DNA of 64,000 bases. Source: Candidatus Latescibacterota bacterium. GTDB lineage: Bacteria; Latescibacterota; UBA2968; UBA8231. Under the pieces are notes generated by a model. That model ran no database searches. It had not been told where the DNA came from and was given only the letters and a program-made list of their open reading frames with translations. Every line of letters starts with the position of its first letter. Within the stretch, counting starts at the first letter, position 1. The DNA is taken from assembly GCA_965243025.1 (NCBI GenBank), contig CBDETY010000003.1, positions 3,840,001 to 3,904,000 on the forward strand, written 5' to 3'. The position numbers were made by a program, and so were the translations under genes. Of this stretch, positions 9,414-18,937 are shown piece after piece.

Positions 9414-10373
9414 ATGTATGTAGGAGTGCAGGGCATAGGAACATCGAAGACGGAGCTGGATTTCCTCAGGCGCCACGGCGTCACCCACATGGACACCACC
9501 ATCGATCCCGACGACCTCGACCAGATCGTCAGGCAGCGGGAGGAGGCCGCGGCCGAAGGGGTGGAGCTCGAGATGATCCACATCCCGATGCCGGAAAGCA
9601 TCCCGTTCGCCCGCGACCCGCAGCGGGACCGCGACATCGACGCGATTTGCGGATGGATCGCCAACGCGGGAAAGGCCGGGCTGCGCGGGCTCAACTACAA
9701 CTTCACCCCGGTCGGGTACCAGCGGACGGAGATGCGCTACGGCCGCGGGGGTTCCGGTTACAGCTCGTTCGAGTTCTCAAAGTACGACAACGACGAGCCG
9801 CACGAGGCCGGGCGCGTCGACCACGACGAGATCTTCGCCCGCATTCGCTACTTCCTGGAGCGGGTGATTCCGGTGGCGGAGGAGTACGGGGTCCAGATGG
9901 CCTGCCACCTTCCCGACCCGCCGGCGCCGGTGCTGCGCGGGGAGGAACGCTGGAACTACCCGGTATTCGAGGGCCTCAAGCGATTCAGCGAGCTGGTCGA
10001 CAGCCCCTTCCACGGCTTCAACTTCTGTTGCGGGGTCGCCTCCGAGGGGCTGGAGGACCCGGGGAAGGAGCTGCCGTCGATCGTCGAGTACTTCTCCTCG
10101 AAAAAGAAGATCTTCAACGTCCACTTCCGTAACATTCGCGGGGGACTCGGCGATTTCGTCGAGGTCTGGCCGGACGAAGGGGACGTCGACATGCATGAGC
10201 TGGCGAGGATCTTCCACCGGACCGGGTATCCGTACATGCTGATGCCCGACCACTCCCCCGTGCACCCGGACGACGTCGCTCCGGAAGGCGTTTCCGGCCG
10301 CGTCCGGCAGGGGTGGGCGTTCCAGTTCGGGTACATCATCGCCCTGATCCAGGCGGTCTCCAAGGAGACGTGA
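9414..10373 (+). CDS. Mannonate dehydratase (UxuA)-like protein
   Basis: YFLERVIPVAEEYGVQMACH.PDPP, NVHFRNI.GG, EGDVDM, LMPDH. Confidence 0.85.
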   Translation: MYVGVQGIGTSKTELDFLRRHGVTHMDTTIDPDDLDQIVRQREEAAAEGVELEMIHIPMPESIPFARDPQRDRDIDAICGWIANAGKAGLRGLNYNFTPVGYQRTEMRYGRGGSGYSSFEFSKYDNDEPHEAGRVDHDEIFARIRYFLERVIPVAEEYGVQMACHLPDPPAPVLRGEERWNYPVFEGLKRFSELVDSPFHGFNFCCGVASEGLEDPGKELPSIVEYFSSKKKIFNVHFRNIRGGLGDFVEVWPDEGDVDMHELARIFHRTGYPYMLMPDHSPVHPDDVAPEGVSGRVRQGWAFQFGYIIALIQAVSKET

Positions 10374-10588
10374 GCAGGGCCGGCCGGGGTCGCCCCGGGG
10401 CCGGAGGGGTTGAACGTATTATCCGGAAGGCCGGCCGCAGCCGGGGCGGGACCATTTCCCGGGATTCGGGCTCACAGGGGGCTCGCTCCCGGTCCCGGAA
10501 CCGGCATGCCCGCCATTCAACAGAGCAGCAGACCAGCGCTTTCACCAGACACCACGCCGGCCGCACCGGCGCGGAAGGAGAGCAATCG

Positions 10589-11395
10589 ATGAGGATCGGG
10601 ATTCACATGGGGTACAGCAGCGCCGACCAGGTCGCCGCGGAGTGCCGCGCCTGCGGCGTCGGCGAGATCTTCCTCAGCGCCAACTCGGTCCCCGGGTCCT
10701 ACGAGCACGGCCACGCGACCGCGGGGGAGTTCACCAGGGTCATCGAGGAGCTGCGGAAGAGGGACGTCCTCGTCTCCGGGGTGATCCTGTCTCCCCCCTC
10801 GCAGGAGGCGGTGCTGGGAACGGCCCCCGAAGAACGCAAGGCTCTCTGCGAGACCATCCGCGCCGCCGGACGGGCGGGCATCGACACCTCCCTGTTCTAT
10901 CCGCTGGACCGCTTCCTCCACTTCCATGAATACCACGAGGGCCGGCCGCTGATGGTGATGCCGGGGGACGAGGACTGGGGGAAGGTGGTCGCCTTCTTGA
11001 GGGAGGTGGTGGCCGCCGCTGACGAGGTCGGCCTGAGGCTGGGGAATCACCTTTGGGCGGTCGACGTCGTGCACTCGATCTGGGAGGCGGCGCCCAGCCC
11101 CAACAACGGGGTTACCTACTGCCAGGGGATGTGGCTGATCGGCGAGGACCCGCACACCCCGGCCGAGACCTGGGGCATGGACCGGATCTTCTTCGCCCAC
11201 GCCCGCAACCAGGTCAGGACGGGGCCGGCGCTGATGGACCACGACGAGGTGCCGCTGGAAAGCGGCGACGTCGACATGGCCCGCTGCGTGCGCGCCCTGC
11301 AGGACAACCAGTACGAAGGGGTGATCATCCCCGAGCACCTGGGGCCGCAGAGCACGGCGGACGCGGTCCGCTACCTCAAGGGGCTGATCGCCTGA
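10589..11395 (+). CDS. Xylose-isomerase-like TIM barrel / UxuA-like protein
   Basis: SPNNGVTYCQG, IFFAHARN, GDVDM..CVRAL...YEGVIIPEH; AAGGAG RBS. Confidence 0.75.
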   Translation: MRIGIHMGYSSADQVAAECRACGVGEIFLSANSVPGSYEHGHATAGEFTRVIEELRKRDVLVSGVILSPPSQEAVLGTAPEERKALCETIRAAGRAGIDTSLFYPLDRFLHFHEYHEGRPLMVMPGDEDWGKVVAFLREVVAAADEVGLRLGNHLWAVDVVHSIWEAAPSPNNGVTYCQGMWLIGEDPHTPAETWGMDRIFFAHARNQVRTGPALMDHDEVPLESGDVDMARCVRALQDNQYEGVIIPEHLGPQSTADAVRYLKGLIA

Positions 11396-11509
11396 GCGGC
11401 CTGCGGGCGGCAGACGCGGCTGACAGGGGAGTGAAGTTTCTCCCCCGCCTTGCTGCTGCAAGCGGGCAACCCGAGTCCGCTCGGCCCAGGATACTCCGCC
11501 CCGGCGCCG

Positions 11510-12949
11510 CTATTTCTCCAGGAGCGCCGGCCCATCAGCGGTATACGTGAACTCCGCCATGCGGTAGTCGAAGCGGAGGGAGTACAGCTCCCCCTCGCGC
11601 ACTTTCACCTCCAGTATTACGGGCCGGCCCTTCAGCTCATCCAGGTCCTCCCGCTCCTGCCAGCGCACCACCCCGGCCACCGCGTCGCCGTTGATCGGCA
11701 CGCATTCCTCCAGGTTGTAGCGGGGCAGCGGTTCCAGCGTCCGGTAGTCGAGCAGCGCCGCCCTTGCCTCGCCGGTGGGAGCGGTGCGGACATTGGCGAT
11801 CAAGCGGCCTCCTGCGGGTATCAACGACTTCGTCTGGATGCGTCCGTACCTCGCCCGCGTCCTCAGGTAGTTCCAGCCGTCGAGGCGCATCTCGTACTGA
11901 AAGGTCTTCCAGGTGGTCGCTTCGGTGCGGCGCTCTTCGGGGATCTCCTCGTCGTGGGCGCCGTGCTCGACCCCCTGGCCCATGCAGTGAAACAGCAGGC
12001 GGTCGTCCGCGGTGCGCATCGGCGCGGAGGGATAGACCGAGCCTCCGAAGAAGCTGCCCGCCCCGGTGCGCGGCAGGAACGGCTCGCGGCGGGCCCGGTA
12101 CCAGTTCTGGCCGTTGTAGCTGTAGGCGAGCTCGGTCTGGGTGGTGCCCTGCATCTTGCCCGGCGACTCGATTTCGGAAGGCTCGGTATCGTAGACAGCC
12201 AGGTGGGCGACATACATGTCGTCGAGGGGAATCGGGTCGATGCCGTAGAACTCGCGGTTGGGCGGGTCCAGTGCGTCCGGCTGCAGGACGACGGTCGGCT
12301 CGCCGAAGCTGTTCAGGTCCGGCGAAAGCAGCATGGCGACGCGCCTGTCGACGAAACGGGGCCGGCAGTAGATGCGGTACTGGCCGATGACGGGGTCCCA
12401 GATCGCCGGATTTCCGGTGTCGCTCAGGTAGTCGATCCACCGGGTGTCCACGTCGACATCGAACCGAAACCCGTCCTGCGAGAAGGCGACCGCACCCGGA
12501 GTGCGGGTGCCGTCGGCGGCGATGTAGCGGTACATGTTCATGAAACAGCCGCGCTCTTCGTGCGGGGTGCCGGTCAACGGCAGGATGTTGAAGCAGGCGA
12601 TCGGCTCGTCGTGCTGATCTGTTATGAGGTTGTCGGTGCGGCGCCAGATCGGGTCGCTCCCCTCGGACCAGGTCGGCGCTTCCCAGTGGCAGGGGTCGTC
12701 GGTTTCCATGCGCAGCGCGAACCGCGGGCTGCCGTCGGCCGGGTGGCAGTCGACAATGCCGAACCAGCACTCGCGGCGCTCGTCGTACCGGGTGCCGACC
12801 AGCCCGCGCAGGATCTTCAGCTCCGGGCGGGTGCCCAGCGGGATCTCGCGCAGCGGCTCGGGACTCCCCTGCTCGCGGTCGAACCCCTCGCGCAGCCGCA
12901 GCCGCCAGTCGTCGAAGAAGTGCAGGGAGGACGACGGCGCCTCAGTCAT
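11510..12949 (-). CDS. Hypothetical five-bladed-propeller glycosidase-like protein
   Basis: LHFFDDW N-terminus, SDTGN, ELAYSYNGQNW, RLDG, C-terminal 'GRPVIL....LYS' domain. Confidence 0.65.
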   Translation of the reverse strand: MTEAPSSSLHFFDDWRLRLREGFDREQGSPEPLREIPLGTRPELKILRGLVGTRYDERRECWFGIVDCHPADGSPRFALRMETDDPCHWEAPTWSEGSDPIWRRTDNLITDQHDEPIACFNILPLTGTPHEERGCFMNMYRYIAADGTRTPGAVAFSQDGFRFDVDVDTRWIDYLSDTGNPAIWDPVIGQYRIYCRPRFVDRRVAMLLSPDLNSFGEPTVVLQPDALDPPNREFYGIDPIPLDDMYVAHLAVYDTEPSEIESPGKMQGTTQTELAYSYNGQNWYRARREPFLPRTGAGSFFGGSVYPSAPMRTADDRLLFHCMGQGVEHGAHDEEIPEERRTEATTWKTFQYEMRLDGWNYLRTRARYGRIQTKSLIPAGGRLIANVRTAPTGEARAALLDYRTLEPLPRYNLEECVPINGDAVAGVVRWQEREDLDELKGRPVILEVKVREGELYSLRFDYRMAEFTYTADGPALLEK

Positions 12950-13856
12950 CGTACTGCTCTTTGGCGAAGCGGTGCTCCGGGGAGTACCCAGCCCCGCCTT
13001 CCAGAGGCATCAGCCCGCCGACGATTTCGCTGCGGCGCCCCATGCCTTCTTCGGGACTCATGTCGATACCGGCGAGTTCGGCGTCGGTCACCGGCAGGGT
13101 GTAGCGGACCATCGGAGTGAAGCGCTGGAACGGCTCGGCGTAGGCGACCGAGGCTTTCTGGCCGAAGCTCCCGTCCTCGGTCTCGGAGCGTTTGCGCGCA
13201 TACGGACCGCCGTAGTACTGGCTGCCGATCTGGTCGAGGGCCATGACTTTCTTTTCGATGACGTCGCTGATGTCGACGTAGAGGTCGACGCGGCAGGTGC
13301 TTGCGTACTCGAGGCTGTTGCTGCCCACATAGGCGATCGGGTTCATGAACCAGATGGCCGGAACCACGTGCCGTTGCTGGATGCCGCGGCCGGCGCCGTG
13401 GGCGAGCTGCCAGGCGTAGACCGTACACTGGCCGATGGTGCCGTGCATCTTGAGGCCGGCGGTCTCGTACGGGTGGTGGGTGATGATGACATCCGGCTTG
13501 ATCTCGCGTATCGCCGCGGCGATCGCCTCGATCTTGTCCTGGGTGACGAGGATGTCGTCGTCTTCGAACCCGAGGTCGCGGACGTCTTCGAACCCGAGAA
13601 TGCGGCAGGCTCGGCGGGTCTCCTCGAGCTTCTCCTTTACCGCGGCCTCGATGCGCGCCTCGACGTCGAAGGCGGCCCCCTTCCGGCGTTTTTCCTCGGC
13701 GAGCTGCCAGTGGTGGGAGCGCACCCCGGTGGTGGCGACCAGGGCGGTCACCTTGTCCCCCCGGGCGACGTGGTGGGCGGCGGTGCCCCCGGCCTGGTCG
13801 AAGCTGTCGGCCGGGTGGGCGGCCACGATGAGTATCTGGATCGGCCGGCTGGCCAT
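12942..13856 (-). CDS. PIG-L/LmbE family deacetylase
   Basis: ILIVAAHPADS..GGT, IKPDVIITH, YVDISDVIEKK, YAEPF. Confidence 0.9.
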   Translation of the reverse strand: MASRPIQILIVAAHPADSFDQAGGTAAHHVARGDKVTALVATTGVRSHHWQLAEEKRRKGAAFDVEARIEAAVKEKLEETRRACRILGFEDVRDLGFEDDDILVTQDKIEAIAAAIREIKPDVIITHHPYETAGLKMHGTIGQCTVYAWQLAHGAGRGIQQRHVVPAIWFMNPIAYVGSNSLEYASTCRVDLYVDISDVIEKKVMALDQIGSQYYGGPYARKRSETEDGSFGQKASVAYAEPFQRFTPMVRYTLPVTDAELAGIDMSPEEGMGRRSEIVGGLMPLEGGAGYSPEHRFAKEQYDD

Positions 13857-13871
13857 GGCGGTCTCCTTCGG

Positions 13872-14195
13872 TTATTGCTCCGCGGCGTCGCGCCGTTCCC
13901 GGCGCCCTTTCTCCCGGCGGCGGCGGCGCTTGTCGATGCGCTCCTGCCGCCTGCCGGCGCGGCCGGTCTTCGGGGTGGTCTTCGGAGCGACTTCGACGCG
14001 GCCCAGCGGCTCGGGGATCTCCTCCCCTTCGGCGCGGGCCCTTTCGATCCAGTCCGCCATCGCGGTCTGGACCTTTGCCAGCGCCTCCTCGCAGCTCTCC
14101 CCGAGGACCTCGAGGCCGTCGAGCTCCGGCACCTCGGCGACGAAGCCGCGGTCGTTGTCGCTCCAGTAGATGACGATCTGGTACCTCGGGTTCAC
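13872..14195 (-). CDS. HicB-family antitoxin with basic C-terminal tail
   Basis: YQIVIYWS..D.GFVAEVPELDG...GES.EEAL......WIE.A...GEEIPEP. Confidence 0.85.
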   Translation of the reverse strand: MNPRYQIVIYWSDNDRGFVAEVPELDGLEVLGESCEEALAKVQTAMADWIERARAEGEEIPEPLGRVEVAPKTTPKTGRAGRRQERIDKRRRRREKGRRERRDAAEQ

Positions 14196-14335
14196 CGGCG
14201 TGGCTTTCCGCTGCTGATTGTGAAAGTCCTTTCGGAAGGAAAAGGCGGCTCGAGCGGAAGCAGCGCCCGGCCCGCGGAACTTCATACATTTCCGCCTCCA
14301 ACCACCTCGGCGCACATACTAACGGAGGCCAGCGC

Positions 14336-15436
14336 ATGTCACAACCACTGATAATCGACCTGCATCTCGACCTGGCGTGGGACGCCCTCTACTGGAACCG
14401 CGACCTGACGCTGACGGCGCACGAAGTCCGCGAGCAGGAGAGGAACGAGATCCCGCAGGTCGCCGACGACTACGACACCGGCTCCTGCACGGTGACCTAC
14501 CCGGAGATGCGGCGGGGCTCGGTCGGGATCATGCTCAGCACCATCATGTCGCGCACCGAGCCGCGCTACCGCAAGCGCCGCGACGGCATGCGCACCCAGG
14601 AGCAGGCGATCGCCATGGGCCGCGGCCATCTCGAGTACTACCGGGCCATGGCGCGGCGCGGGGAGATCGCCCCGGTGACCTCGCTCGCCGGTCTCGAGGC
14701 CGCGGTCGAGGCGTGGAAGGATCCGGCGCCCGGGACCCCGGTGTATCACATCCTGTCGATGGAGAGCGCCGACCCGATAGCCGACCCGGAGGACGTCGGC
14801 TTCTGGTGGGACGCCGGGCTGCGCGTCGTCGGGCCCGCCCACTTCGGGCACAACACCTACATCCACGGCACCTTCACCGAGGGCGGGCTGAAGCCGGCGG
14901 CGAAGGAGCTGTTCCGGGCGATGCGCGAGGCGGGGATCGTCCTCGACATCACCCACATGGCCGACCGGGCTGTGTGGGAGTCGTTCGACCTCTGGGACGG
15001 CCCGGTGATGGCCTCCCACTGCGTCAGCCGCTCGCTGGTTCCGGGTCAGCGGCACCTCACCGACGACATGATCGCCGAGCTGGTCCGGCGCGGCGGGATC
15101 ATCGGGCTGGTGTTCTGCCAGTACTTCATGAACCCGGAGTTCGAATGGACGGAGGAGCTGTTCCAGGTGCCGCGGGAGGCGAAGTTCGGGATGGAGGGGT
15201 TGCTGCCTCATGTGGAGCGGATTTCCGAGCTGGCGGGGGGGTCGCTGGCCAACGTCGCCATTGGCACCGACATGGACGGGGGGTTCGGGGCGGAGCTGAC
15301 CCCGACCGGGGTGGACACAATCGCCGACCTGCAGGGGTTTGCCGAGGTGCTGGGGAACGCCGGGATCGGAGGCGCCGAGATCGACGGCATCCTGCACGGG
15401 AACGCGCTGCGCTTCTTCCGCGAGGCGTGGTCCTGA
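14336..15436 (+). CDS. Membrane dipeptidase (peptidase M19)
   Basis: IIDLHLD, MESAD, LDITHM, ASH, IGTDMDGG, HGNALRF. Confidence 0.9.
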   Translation: MSQPLIIDLHLDLAWDALYWNRDLTLTAHEVREQERNEIPQVADDYDTGSCTVTYPEMRRGSVGIMLSTIMSRTEPRYRKRRDGMRTQEQAIAMGRGHLEYYRAMARRGEIAPVTSLAGLEAAVEAWKDPAPGTPVYHILSMESADPIADPEDVGFWWDAGLRVVGPAHFGHNTYIHGTFTEGGLKPAAKELFRAMREAGIVLDITHMADRAVWESFDLWDGPVMASHCVSRSLVPGQRHLTDDMIAELVRRGGIIGLVFCQYFMNPEFEWTEELFQVPREAKFGMEGLLPHVERISELAGGSLANVAIGTDMDGGFGAELTPTGVDTIADLQGFAEVLGNAGIGGAEIDGILHGNALRFFREAWS

Positions 15437-15718
15437 GCGAGGGGAGGGCGGCGGGTGCCCGGCCGGGTAGCGGGCGAGCCGTCCGCAGCAGCAGACTCAA
15501 CTGCTCCGGCCAGGAACTGGAGAATGAGGGGAGTTCCCGGGGGCGGGGCGGGCGGATTTTTCGACGCCGTCACGGACGCGGGCGCATGCTGCGGGGTTTC
15601 GTCGGTGCCTTGGGTTAGCCTGGTGAGACTTTGCGGGGCGGCCCCTGACGGGACCGGAAGCGACATCACGGGTTCGGACCGACCAGCGCCGCGGCCATCC
15701 TTTCGGGGCGGCGGACGG

Positions 15719-15924
15719 CCCCGGGTTCCGGCGCTCGGGGATTTCAGGCCTGCCTGGGATTCCGGCAACTCGGGATAGCGGGCGGGAGGACAGGCGCGGG
15801 CGCACGGCGTTTCGTCCGTTTGACTTGTGATAGCCGGGCGAGACTCTGAGGCCGTTGCGGAGGTTGCCCGGGCTCCGGCGCTTCGGGGATTTCAGGGCCT
15901 GCCCGGAATTTCCAGCTACCCGGG
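15719..15924. repeat. Two imperfect ~55-bp direct repeats (15719-15773, 15867-15924)
   Basis: cccggg(t/c)tccggcgct(t)cggggatttca(g)ggcctgcc.gg.att shared. Confidence 0.75.
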
Positions 15925-15932
15925 GCGGATTC

Positions 15933-17018
15933 TCAGGCGCTTGCGGAAGTGGCGCTGAGGATGCGCCAGACGCCCCGGTCCCCAGGGGCGGTGCCGTCGC
16001 AGGCCTCGTAGAACATGCGGTAGCGCGGCGGCTCGCCGGCTTCTCCGGGCAGCTGCACGACGCACATCTCCGAGCACTTGACGCGGTCCAGCGGGCCGCC
16101 CGGCGCGATCACCGGCTCCGGCTCCTTGGTCCACTCCAGGCCGTCCTCGGACGCCGCCGTCAGCACGTACGCCCGGGTCGGGTCGCTGTACCCGGCGTAG
16201 TACATGCGGTACCCCCCGCCTTCGAGGCGCAGGACCTCCGGCGCGAACGCAGTGGCCGCCTCGTACGGCAGCTCCTGCTCGATCCGCTTGCCCGGCTCCA
16301 TGCGGAAGGTGAGGCCGCCGTCTTCTGAGAGGGCGCTGACGATGCCGCCGCTGCGGTCGCTGCAGTAGAGCCGGCAGCTGCCGCCGTCGAGGTGGAGCAG
16401 GCGGGGGGCGTTGAAGCTGCCCGAGTCGAGGCGCTCGCCGGGTTCCACCTGCCAGTCGAGACCGAACGCTCCTTGAGCGTTTCGGGGGAACGGCTTCGCC
16501 GTTCCCAAGGCGAACCCCTCGGCTTCGCCGTTCTCGGAGACGGCGCTGCGGATGGTGCTGCCCTCCTTCTGGGTCCCGGGGCAGCACTCGAAATACATCC
16601 GCAGCCTGCCGCCGCCCCCGGGAACCGGAACGACCTCGGGGCTGACGACGCGGAACTCCCCTGCCCCGCCGTCCCCTGGTGACAGGCGCACCCCGGGTTC
16701 CGGGGTCCAGGACGCCCCGTCCGCGGACACGGCGCTGAGGATACGGGCGGTGCAGTTGTCGTAATCGTTGGCGCCGGCCGGGTGCCCGGGCCGCGGGGTC
16801 ATCTGGGTGTAGTACATGCGGTACCCGCCCCCGGGAAGGGGGACGACGTTGGGGGAAACCGCGCCGCACAACCCGGTGCGGAGGGCTGCGGTCGGCCAGT
16901 GCGCTTCCGGCGCCGGGTCGGTGTCGTTGTCCGGAGGGGCGTCGATGGCGACGGCCTCGTCCTTTGTCCAGACGATGCCGGGGTCGGTGGCGACGGTATG
17001 GGGCTTTTCCGGGTTCAT
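15933..17018 (-). CDS. Beta-propeller glycosyl-hydrolase-like protein with in-frame insertion
   Basis: Repeated blades P.V...GGGYRMYY...SA.S.DG..W..EP. Confidence 0.75.
   Translation of the reverse strand: MNPEKPHTVATDPGIVWTKDEAVAIDAPPDNDTDPAPEAHWPTAALRTGLCGAVSPNVVPLPGGGYRMYYTQMTPRPGHPAGANDYDNCTARILSAVSADGASWTPEPGVRLSPGDGGAGEFRVVSPEVVPVPGGGGRLRMYFECCPGTQKEGSTIRSAVSENGEAEGFALGTAKPFPRNAQGAFGLDWQVEPGERLDSGSFNAPRLLHLDGGSCRLYCSDRSGGIVSALSEDGGLTFRMEPGKRIEQELPYEAATAFAPEVLRLEGGGYRMYYAGYSDPTRAYVLTAASEDGLEWTKEPEPVIAPGGPLDRVKCSEMCVVQLPGEAGEPPRYRMFYEACDGTAPGDRGVWRILSATSASA
16464..16533. repeat. Palindromic (REP/RPE-like) element inside CDS
   Basis: Hairpins aacgctc-ctt-gagcgtt and gggaacggc-ttc-gccgttccc, plus repeated ggcttcgccgttc; adds 22 aa relative to sibling blades. 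Confidence 0.75.
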
Positions 17019-17098
17019 GGTGGGGAATATGCCTAGGCTTGGTGGCCTCAACTGTTTCCGCGATTGGCCGGGGGGAGTGGTCGGGAGGGGTTTCCTGT

Positions 17099-17992
17099 TC
17101 ACCCCACGTACCGTTGCGGCTCCTTGAACACCTCCTCCCGGTGCCACAACAAATTCGCTCGCGCGGGTCGGTAATCCGGATGTTGGGGCCCAAGGAGGGG
17201 CTTTCCGTTAAACCCCATGACCCATTCTGCGAATCCAGAAACGCCGTACACTTGCTGAGAAACGCGGACCGTCAGGTCTTTGTTCTCCACCGTCATCGCA
17301 CCCCGGTCAAACAGCTTGTGATGCATTACGCATAGGGCAAGACCGTTAGGCTCGTCGTCGGTGCCCCCGTACTGATGCCATCGGATATGCGCCGCTTCCA
17401 ACCCGATATCCTTGTGTCCGAGCTTCGCCTGAAAACCGCAAATGGCACAACGATGCTCATAAGCCATAAGAAGAAGTTCGCGAAAAGCCCGATTTCGAGG
17501 CTTTCTGTACCCTCCTCCGAAATCTGGCGACATGCCGACCGCGTCAAGGATGTCGTCGTGGAGCGACTCCGGGAAGTGTTCCTGCAGTAGGTTGTTCGCT
17601 ACTTCGTGGAGCAAGCCCCTTTCCATGCACAGGCTCTCAAAAACCTCCTCGGGCAGGCGGCCAATCGCACCTGTCAACGGCGGAGGATCTCCTGTCCGGT
17701 CCTTCGGAACGAGCTCGCCGTCGAGCACCACTTCCCATAGGTCGTCCTTCCGTAAATACCAGAACGGGTACTCCGGGTGGACCGAGGATCCGGGCGGAAC
17801 GGGCGGTCCGAATTCCCTCAGCAGGCTACTGAGGACAGGATCTACCTGCGCGTAGGTAAGGTCACGGATACCGTTCTCGGCCTGCGCCAAGGCATAAAGC
17901 AACAGCAGCGGCTTGTGTGGTGCCCGTTTCTCGCCGCTACTCCACACCTTGATTCCGCCAACGCGCTTAAGGATCTCCTCTCGGGTCAACAT
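17099..17992 (-). CDS. SBD-HNH endonuclease (putative phosphorothioate-dependent type IV restriction enzyme)
   Basis: N-terminal RAPHKPLLLLYAL...PEYPFWYL..D.LWE (SBD-like); C-terminal AYEHRCAICG..LEAAHI.W...NGLALCVMHHKLFDRG. Confidence 0.8.
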   Translation of the reverse strand: MLTREEILKRVGGIKVWSSGEKRAPHKPLLLLYALAQAENGIRDLTYAQVDPVLSSLLREFGPPVPPGSSVHPEYPFWYLRKDDLWEVVLDGELVPKDRTGDPPPLTGAIGRLPEEVFESLCMERGLLHEVANNLLQEHFPESLHDDILDAVGMSPDFGGGYRKPRNRAFRELLLMAYEHRCAICGFQAKLGHKDIGLEAAHIRWHQYGGTDDEPNGLALCVMHHKLFDRGAMTVENKDLTVRVSQQVYGVSGFAEWVMGFNGKPLLGPQHPDYRPARANLLWHREEVFKEPQRYVG

Positions 17993-17995
17993 CCC

Positions 17996-18937
17996 TCACC
18001 CAACCGCGCGGAAACGCTCGTAGCGCCATGCCAGCCGCTCAGGATCCGGTTTCCACTCCGACTGCCGGGGCAACTGGATCCGCTGTCCATGCATGCCCTG
18101 CAGCCCGTGGCGGAGCATCGGGCCGTCCGACTCCTCGCGGATGTCCTCACGCACTTCCACCCGATAGTCCGCAGTGATGCCGACGAAGTGCCGGTCGAAG
18201 GCGGCGTGGTGCAGCTTGCACAGGGCCAGCCCGTTGTTCACAACCGGCTCGCCCCCGGGCTCCTTGTCCGGAATGATGTGGGCCGCATCCAGCAACTCCT
18301 CGTGGCGCAGCCTGCAGAAGGTGCACTGCCGTTGGTAGGCAATCAGCACCCGCTGGCGAAAGCCTTCCTGATGCACCCGCTGCTGAAACTCGCGCGTCAC
18401 CCACAACCGCCGTCCCTCCTCGCGGGCAGTATCGGTGCCCCAGGCTTCGCCCGTCCGGTCCGCCAGCCCGAAGTCAACGGTCGAGGCGGCGTCGACCGCC
18501 ACGTGAAAGGTCAGGTCCGCAGGATTGTCCTGGACAACAAAAACGGGCCAGGCAGCAACGTATTTGCCCTTGTCGATTCCGTGGAAGTAGACCAGGGGCA
18601 CCCTCTCGAGCATTGCCTGCCGCAGCCCTTCATTGTCGCGATGGGCGGGGTCGGTGCCGCGGTATTTGTAGCGAAGAAGGTCGCCTGATATGGAATCCTC
18701 GTACGGCCCCAACGGTGCCGTCGTGATTGACAAGGGGAGTCTCATTGCGCGGGGCTTGAAGATGCCCTGCGGACCAAGAAGGTGAATTTGCCGGCCGTCG
18801 CGCTCGAACCCCCGGGAGAGGATCGAACGAGGCAGCACATCACCATGGATCTCCACCTGCTCTGTGAGCCAGGAGAAAACCTGATGGCGAATGCGAATAT
18901 CTGACTGGTTCGTTGCCACTGCTGACGGGATTCTCAA
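17996..18937 (-). CDS. HNH endonuclease with SRA-like N-terminal domain (putative modification-dependent restriction)
   Basis: GIFKP..SITT..PYED..LRYKYRG.D...DNEGLR.A...PLVYF.G...GKY; C-terminal FRQRVL.AY..QC.FC..LLDAAHII...NGLALCKLHHAAFD; start uncertain. Confidence 0.8.
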   Translation of the reverse strand: MRIPSAVATNQSDIRIRHQVFSWLTEQVEIHGDVLPRSILSRGFERDGRQIHLLGPQGIFKPRAMRLPLSITTAPLGPYEDSISGDLLRYKYRGTDPAHRDNEGLRQAMLERVPLVYFHGIDKGKYVAAWPVFVVQDNPADLTFHVAVDAASTVDFGLADRTGEAWGTDTAREEGRRLWVTREFQQRVHQEGFRQRVLIAYQRQCTFCRLRHEELLDAAHIIPDKEPGGEPVVNNGLALCKLHHAAFDRHFVGITADYRVEVREDIREESDGPMLRHGLQGMHGQRIQLPRQSEWKPDPERLAWRYERFRAVG

